Source: Patescibacteria group bacterium
GTDB taxonomy: Bacteria; Patescibacteriota; Minisyncoccia; Phycocordibacterales; CAIZLB01
Direction: 5' to 3'
DNA: 64,000 bases
Assembly: GCA_040386515.1 (NCBI GenBank)
Contig: JAZKFG010000005.1
Location: 9,313-73,312 of the forward strand
A model generated the notes under the pieces. That model had not been told where the DNA came from and did not search any database. It saw only the letters and a program-made list of their open reading frames with translations. The number at the start of each line of letters is the position of its first letter. Position 1 is the first letter of the stretch. The position numbers were made by a program, and so were the translations under genes. Below, piece after piece: positions 59,344 to 64,000 of this stretch.

Positions 59344-59456
59344 GCAAGCCAACTGCTTGGCTTGCGTGTAGGAATCGAAAAGCTTTGCCTTATTTTCGAG
59401 CAACATTGTTGTGAGAAAATGGCAAAGGTGTACTGACCCTGTAAGGGTCGATCCGA
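59344..59456 (+). ncRNA. Candidate structured RNA element in the tRNA-Lys trailer (copy B; homologous to 29395-29501)
   Basis: Same architecture and conserved blocks as copy A, with compensatory stem changes. Confidence 0.35.
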
Positions 59457-59562
59457 CGGATGCATAAGATTTAATTCCCTTCTCGTACTCCTATTATACC
59501 AAACAATCACAACTATGCAAGGGACTTGTCAAGTGGCTGTCAAGTATATATAGTATGGTGAT

Positions 59563-61458
59563 ATGAAATACATCTATGTCATAAAAGAATATATTACTGT
59601 TGCTTGGCAATGCCTTGCATATATTTACAAATTCGACAAAAAAGGTACTGTCGGTCGTTTATCTATTCTCCTCTTATTCCCCGTCATTGCCAATATATTG
59701 AATATTGCCAATGCCCATCTTGCTGACAGCATGCAGAAAAACTTTGGTACTGGATTAATCAGTGCAATAATACCCATTTTTTTAGTAGTAGTATTTTTAG
59801 AAATTGTTGATGAAATATTTACATACTTGAACCGTCGCGTACAATGGGTAACGAATTCAAAGCTAAACTTAATTTTGGATATTGAAAGACAAAAGAAAAG
59901 AGCACAATTTTCTTTACCATTTATTGATTCTGAAGATAATGATCAATTAAATCAAAGAATTCTGACCAGTGGAGATGGATACAATTCCCAACTTAGTCTC
60001 TTAAGTTCTATCCCTCAATTTCTAACAACTTTTATTAATGTTTCATTTGCGCTTTGGATTGTGGTTATGTTTAATCCTCTGTGGGCATTAATTTTATTTG
60101 CAACATCAGTGCCTAAGTTTTTTATTTTATTTACTAATTCTTTTGCAATACGAAAAAACTCTGAAAATCATCTTACGTATAACCGCATAACAAATACATA
60201 TAGAGACCAGATTACAAACTATACAAACTTGAAAGATAGTAAAGTATCAAATGCGACAAAACCTCTTCTTGATATATATGTGGACAGGAGAGAATTTTAT
60301 AGAGAAACACAGTATGCATTATTTAAGAAGTATTTAAATTTAAACTCCCTGGCTGGCTTATTTGCACTATGCTTTGGATTCTTTGTGCAATATTTAGTTA
60401 TTAAAGAAGTAATACTAGGAACAGTCCTTATTGGCCAGGCAACATTGATTGTGCTTCAAATTTTCAGGCTTCAATCAGGAATCGATGCCTTGGCGTATTT
60501 TTTACCGGCACAATACGAAAATGTTGTAAGTGCTAAGTACTTATTCCTATATCTTTCTACACAGGAAAATGTCGAGAAACAAGATGCAGAGATAATAATG
60601 ACAACTCAAGATACAGAAAACACAATTGAAATGAAAGATGTAATATTCTCTTATCCTGAAATCCATTTCGAGGAAATGCGAAATCTTGTGAAAGAAATCG
60701 ATACTGTCTCAGAAAAGTTTTTTGGTTTAAATAAAAAGGAAGAACATAACAAAAAGAAAAGCAATGATTTTACATTAACCATTCCCTCACTCACTATCAA
60801 AAAAGGAGAGCGAGTTGCGGTGGTAGGAAAAAACGGAAAAGGTAAAACAACATTTTTGCAGCTTGTTCTTAATCTATATCAACCGGACCAGGGTGAGATA
60901 AAAGTGTTTGGAAATGTACTTAAAGACATGAATCAGACAGATGTACAAAAATATTTCTCTATGCTCTTCCAGGATTATGGGCAATCGAATTTTAAAGTGA
61001 ATGAATATATTGGACTTTCTGAAGTAACTGATCCAGATCTTGAACGCGTTAAAATTGCTGCGCAACTTTCGACTGCTTCTGAATTTATAGAAAAATGGAG
61101 AGACCAGTATACGCAGCAATTAGGTGTTTCATTTAAAGGAGTAAAACCATCCAAAGGCCAGTGGCAAAAACTTGCCCTCGCCCGAGCAATATATAAAGAC
61201 GCACCAATACTCGTACTCGATGAACCAACCTCAGCCATCGATCCAGTTTCTGCAAAACAAATATTCGAAAACCTTGCGCAGCTCGATCCTGAAAAAATAT
61301 TAATTTACGTGTGTCACACAATGGTTGATATTCCCATTGTTGCCACACGAGTAATTGTATTCGAAGATGGAAATATTGTTGGTGACGGAACTCATGAACT
61401 ACTTCTAAAAACTTGCCCTCAGTATAAGGAGTTGTATGAGAGTGAAAGAAGAGCGTAA
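59563..61458 (+). CDS. ABC transporter, fused permease/ATP-binding protein
   Basis: N-terminal 6-TM domain; the nucleotide-binding domain has Walker A GKNGKGKTT, Walker B ILVLDEPTSAID and a degenerate signature SKGQWQKLALA. Confidence 0.75.
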   Translation: MKYIYVIKEYITVAWQCLAYIYKFDKKGTVGRLSILLLFPVIANILNIANAHLADSMQKNFGTGLISAIIPIFLVVVFLEIVDEIFTYLNRRVQWVTNSKLNLILDIERQKKRAQFSLPFIDSEDNDQLNQRILTSGDGYNSQLSLLSSIPQFLTTFINVSFALWIVVMFNPLWALILFATSVPKFFILFTNSFAIRKNSENHLTYNRITNTYRDQITNYTNLKDSKVSNATKPLLDIYVDRREFYRETQYALFKKYLNLNSLAGLFALCFGFFVQYLVIKEVILGTVLIGQATLIVLQIFRLQSGIDALAYFLPAQYENVVSAKYLFLYLSTQENVEKQDAEIIMTTQDTENTIEMKDVIFSYPEIHFEEMRNLVKEIDTVSEKFFGLNKKEEHNKKKSNDFTLTIPSLTIKKGERVAVVGKNGKGKTTFLQLVLNLYQPDQGEIKVFGNVLKDMNQTDVQKYFSMLFQDYGQSNFKVNEYIGLSEVTDPDLERVKIAAQLSTASEFIEKWRDQYTQQLGVSFKGVKPSKGQWQKLALARAIYKDAPILVLDEPTSAIDPVSAKQIFENLAQLDPEKILIYVCHTMVDIPIVATRVIVFEDGNIVGDGTHELLLKTCPQYKELYESERRA

Positions 61459-61662
61459 TTACTTCAACACCAACCCTTCTAACTCTTCCCACATATCACA
61501 TTCACCCATATGGCTTTCGTGATATATATCTAAAAGCACTCCCATATCATCCTTTACTCTTTTTCCGTATCCATCGCTTAACTTTTTTGCCTGAGTATAT
61601 ACATATGGTGTTAATCCACTCTCCTTTTGCGTAGCACCAAGTGCTTGAGCAATAGTCTTATA

Positions 61663-62208
61663 TTACCACCAAAGCACTCCAAAGAACTCCTCTGGTGCCA
61701 CGTGTAATGCTCTAATACTATCAATACTTTGCCAAGCTCTGGCCTTCTGTGAGGGTGTTCTCTTTTCTCTTGGAATACTTAAAAGTTCAGCATATGCGTG
61801 TGCCGCTGGAAAAGTCTTTTTAGAAATATCTTCCTTAATCTCAGTTCCACCAGCATACTCCTGTACTTTTACTTCTTTAAAATCAGATACAATGGCTACT
61901 GTCTTTTCATCCAAATCCTCTTCCACAAAAAGATATATGTGCGGTGATGCAATGTAGTTTTCTATATTTTTTACAATATATTCTTTAATATCTTTTTTTG
62001 CCTGCAACAAACCCTTAGCAACAAAAATATGCTTATCAAAGAAAAGACCCTGAGAAGTTGTTGCACCCTCAAAGTCCTCTATGTTGAATGTATCTGCATG
62101 AATATAAAACACTTGTGCAAATTCACGTTTACTCCGAAGACTCTCAACTATGCGCTGAGTATGGTCTTGTATTTTCTTAACATGAGTACCGTGAATTAGG
62201 TAAAGCAT
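61663..62208 (-). CDS. holA: DNA polymerase III delta subunit-like protein (HolA-like). The frame continues past an in-frame TAA for a further 67 codons, to 61462.
   Basis: The N-terminus MLYLIHG... and FYIHADTFNIEDFEGATTSQGLFFDKHIFVAKG match the HolA N-domain pattern. The stop at 61663-61665 (minus strand) is followed in the same frame by YKTIAQALGATQKE...LEGLVLK*. Confidence 0.45.
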   Translation of the reverse strand: MLYLIHGTHVKKIQDHTQRIVESLRSKREFAQVFYIHADTFNIEDFEGATTSQGLFFDKHIFVAKGLLQAKKDIKEYIVKNIENYIASPHIYLFVEEDLDEKTVAIVSDFKEVKVQEYAGGTEIKEDISKKTFPAAHAYAELLSIPREKRTPSQKARAWQSIDSIRALHVAPEEFFGVLWW

Positions 62209-62209
62209 A

Positions 62210-62581
62210 CTATTCCTGAGCCAATGTTTCTTTCAACTCTGCAATTTCAAGTTCTTCATCAACAACACTTAATTCAGCAGCAAGCTGCTCAATTTCCTCG
62301 AACTCTGCCTGTACTTCTGCAAGGCCTGCTTTAACTTCTTCTTCAATTTTTGTTAATTCTACATCCATTTCTGCATCTATTTTTGCAAGCTCGGCTTTTC
62401 CTTCTTCAGTCGCCTCCTCTTCAAACATTTCATCAATGTCTTGCTGAATTAGGGCAGCAATTTTATCTTTTGTCTCGTCATCCAACTCTGTCACCGACTC
62501 CAATAGAGAAACAATTTCTTGCTTAATACTGTCTTTGATTGAACTATCTTTTATGCTTTGTGCGTATTCTTGTATTGTCAT
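62210..62581 (-). CDS. Hypothetical acidic coiled-coil protein
   Basis: 123 aa, Glu/Asp-rich with heptad-like periodicity. Confidence 0.35.
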   Translation of the reverse strand: MTIQEYAQSIKDSSIKDSIKQEIVSLLESVTELDDETKDKIAALIQQDIDEMFEEEATEEGKAELAKIDAEMDVELTKIEEEVKAGLAEVQAEFEEIEQLAAELSVVDEELEIAELKETLAQE

Positions 62582-62596
62582 ATATGTAAATAAATA

Positions 62597-63214
62597 TTAT
62601 TGAACTTCTTGTAATCGACCTAGTAGGAACATTTCTTGCGCATATCTTTCTTGAAGTTTTTTAGTTTTGGCCTCAGATGCTTCTTTCATCATTCGAGTAT
62701 TATTTACCATTGATTCAAGTTTTCTTTTTGCAGAAAATTCTTGCGCACTTCGTATTTTATTTCTTCCCCACTCCATAACATTTTTACCTTTTTGTTTTGT
62801 TCCTTCGTATGCCGCCGCAATCGCATCTCGTCCCGCTGTAACTCCTTCTCTTGTTTTATTTGCTAGCGCCTCTTTAACTTTTCCTGCTGCGTCTTTAACT
62901 TTCATAAAACCTTTAACTGCAATATCATCAATTGATAACATTGTTGCGGCCCCTTCTTTTACTCCTGATTTTAATAGATTTGCTCCACCTCTTACTGCCT
63001 TCGCACCAACTTTTAATGCTCCTTTGAATAATTTAAATACACCTTTTCCAGTTTTTAATGCTGCCTTCGCCAACACTTCAGCACCACCCTTAAGCACTGC
63101 TCCAAGTTTTCCCATTCGCTCATGGCCTACTGAATTAAATTTTCCTCCTTCTTGCGAAGCAGCTGGTGCTTCTACTAATTGTCCTTCTTGTATGTTTGGG
63201 TTTTCTTTTGTCAT
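62597..63214 (-). CDS. Hypothetical Lys/Ala-rich protein
   Basis: 205 aa; Ala/Lys/Gly-rich, with repeats predicted to form amphipathic helices. Confidence 0.4.
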   Translation of the reverse strand: MTKENPNIQEGQLVEAPAASQEGGKFNSVGHERMGKLGAVLKGGAEVLAKAALKTGKGVFKLFKGALKVGAKAVRGGANLLKSGVKEGAATMLSIDDIAVKGFMKVKDAAGKVKEALANKTREGVTAGRDAIAAAYEGTKQKGKNVMEWGRNKIRSAQEFSAKRKLESMVNNTRMMKEASEAKTKKLQERYAQEMFLLGRLQEVQ

Positions 63215-63284
63215 AGGTAAATTGTATCACACCCTTCATGAAGGATGTAATAGTATTTACAGCTATATATAGTAAGCTTTTTAA

Positions 63285-64000
63285 CTACTGTGCGCCACCC
63301 CAACTTAACCCCTTCTTCACACTGGTCTCAATAGGCACAACCTTATCCTCTCCAATACTGTCCAATATTCTCTCCATAACGCCTCGAATATGCTTGATGC
63401 TTTCATCGACAAATTTAAGATTACTATTATCCATTTCAAAAATAAGTTCATCATGCACCTGTGCCACAATGCCAATTTTATCACTTAAATTATTTTTCTT
63501 AATCCACGCATCAATATTTACCATAGCCATTTTTACCATGTCGGCGTTCGTTCCCTGAATAGGCGCATTGATAGCCATACGCTCTGCAGCCGCTTTTATA
63601 AATGAAATAGGTGACTTTATCTCAGGGAAATATCGTCGTCGCTTAAAGAGCGTTTCTGTATACCCTTTTCTCTCTGCCTGGATTTTGCAGTCCTGTAAAT
63701 ATTTTGCTAAGCCTGAAAATGTACTGTAATAGTTCAAATAAAAATCCTGCGCTTCTGTTTGTTTTACTCCAAGACCTTTGGCCAAAGCCTGAACCCCCAT
63801 ACCATATAGAATTCCGAAGTTAATTGTTTTAGCATGACGTCGCATTTCTGGAGTTACATCAGCAACATCAACTTTATACATTCTGGCTGCAACTCCTGTA
63901 TGAATATCTTCGCCGTTTGTGAAGATTTCAATAAGCTCTTTATCTTTTGATAAAATGGCAGCAATTCTAAGCTCTACTTGAGAATAATCGATAGTCACCA
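63285..64000 (-). CDS. polA: DNA polymerase I (family A) C-terminal polymerase domain; the N-terminal part lies beyond the window
   Basis: Motif A DYSQVELRIAA, motif B RRHAKTINFGILYGM and motif C VAQVHDELIFE. Confidence 0.85.
   Translation of the reverse strand, partial: VTIDYSQVELRIAAILSKDKELIEIFTNGEDIHTGVAARMYKVDVADVTPEMRRHAKTINFGILYGMGVQALAKGLGVKQTEAQDFYLNYYSTFSGLAKYLQDCKIQAERKGYTETLFKRRRYFPEIKSPISFIKAAAERMAINAPIQGTNADMVKMAMVNIDAWIKKNNLSDKIGIVAQVHDELIFEMDNSNLKFVDESIKHIRGVMERILDSIGEDKVVPIETSVKKGLSWGGAQ

Noticed and set aside
61133-61492. 119-aa minus-strand ORF overlapping the 3' end of the ABC transporter
   Set aside because: It is antisense to a well-supported gene. The region 61462-61662 is better explained as the in-frame continuation of the holA-like gene.

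Overview
The window reads as a low-GC (by eye under 40%), gene-dense bacterial chromosome segment, probably from a Patescibacteria/CPR-like lineage. Supporting this, the spc cluster runs L18-S5-L15-SecY with no L30 gene, genes are compact, many small secreted or membrane proteins are present, and type IV pilus parts (PilM, a PilN-like partial, prepilin peptidase, ComF) occur. A long minus-strand core block carries tuf, the S10, L3, L4, L23, L2, S19, L22, S3, L16, S17, L14, L24, L5, S14, S8, L6, L18, S5 and L15 genes, then secY, adk and map. Further housekeeping genes are clpB, thrS, infB, rbfA, a DEAD-box helicase, engB, a YbjQ-family gene, folD, ruvA, a holA-like gene and a partial polA. Six tRNAs are present (Trp, Tyr, Cys, Leu, Lys). 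The most striking content is a family of three large secreted fibre-like paralogs at 3957-6179, 30384-34598 (1404 aa) and 52899-54761. All share a near-identical N-terminal module of about 170 aa after a signal peptide. All share a C-terminal module with an SSDERLKDIQG motif that resembles the Peptidase S74 intramolecular-chaperone autocleavage domain of phage tail fibres and spikes, followed by a Pro/Thr/Glu-rich tail. Between these conserved ends lie divergent Gly-rich GNVGIGTTTP-type repeat cores. The shared ends are also conserved at the DNA level, which points to recombination-driven shuffling of a surface adhesin family, and no other phage genes accompany them. Fibre 2 sits in a co-oriented module with a peptidoglycan-binding protein, a GT4 glycosyltransferase and a 956-aa VirB4/HerA/TraG-superfamily ATPase carrying a large uncharacterised N-terminal domain. 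This module lies where the distal spc/alpha operon genes would normally follow map. Other findings include a roughly 110-nt structured element with covarying hairpins downstream of two separate tRNA loci, palindromic operators over the clpB promoter, a GC-rich single-gene island, and an in-frame TAA inside a holA-like gene. No CRISPR arrays, rRNAs, transposases or integrases were found.
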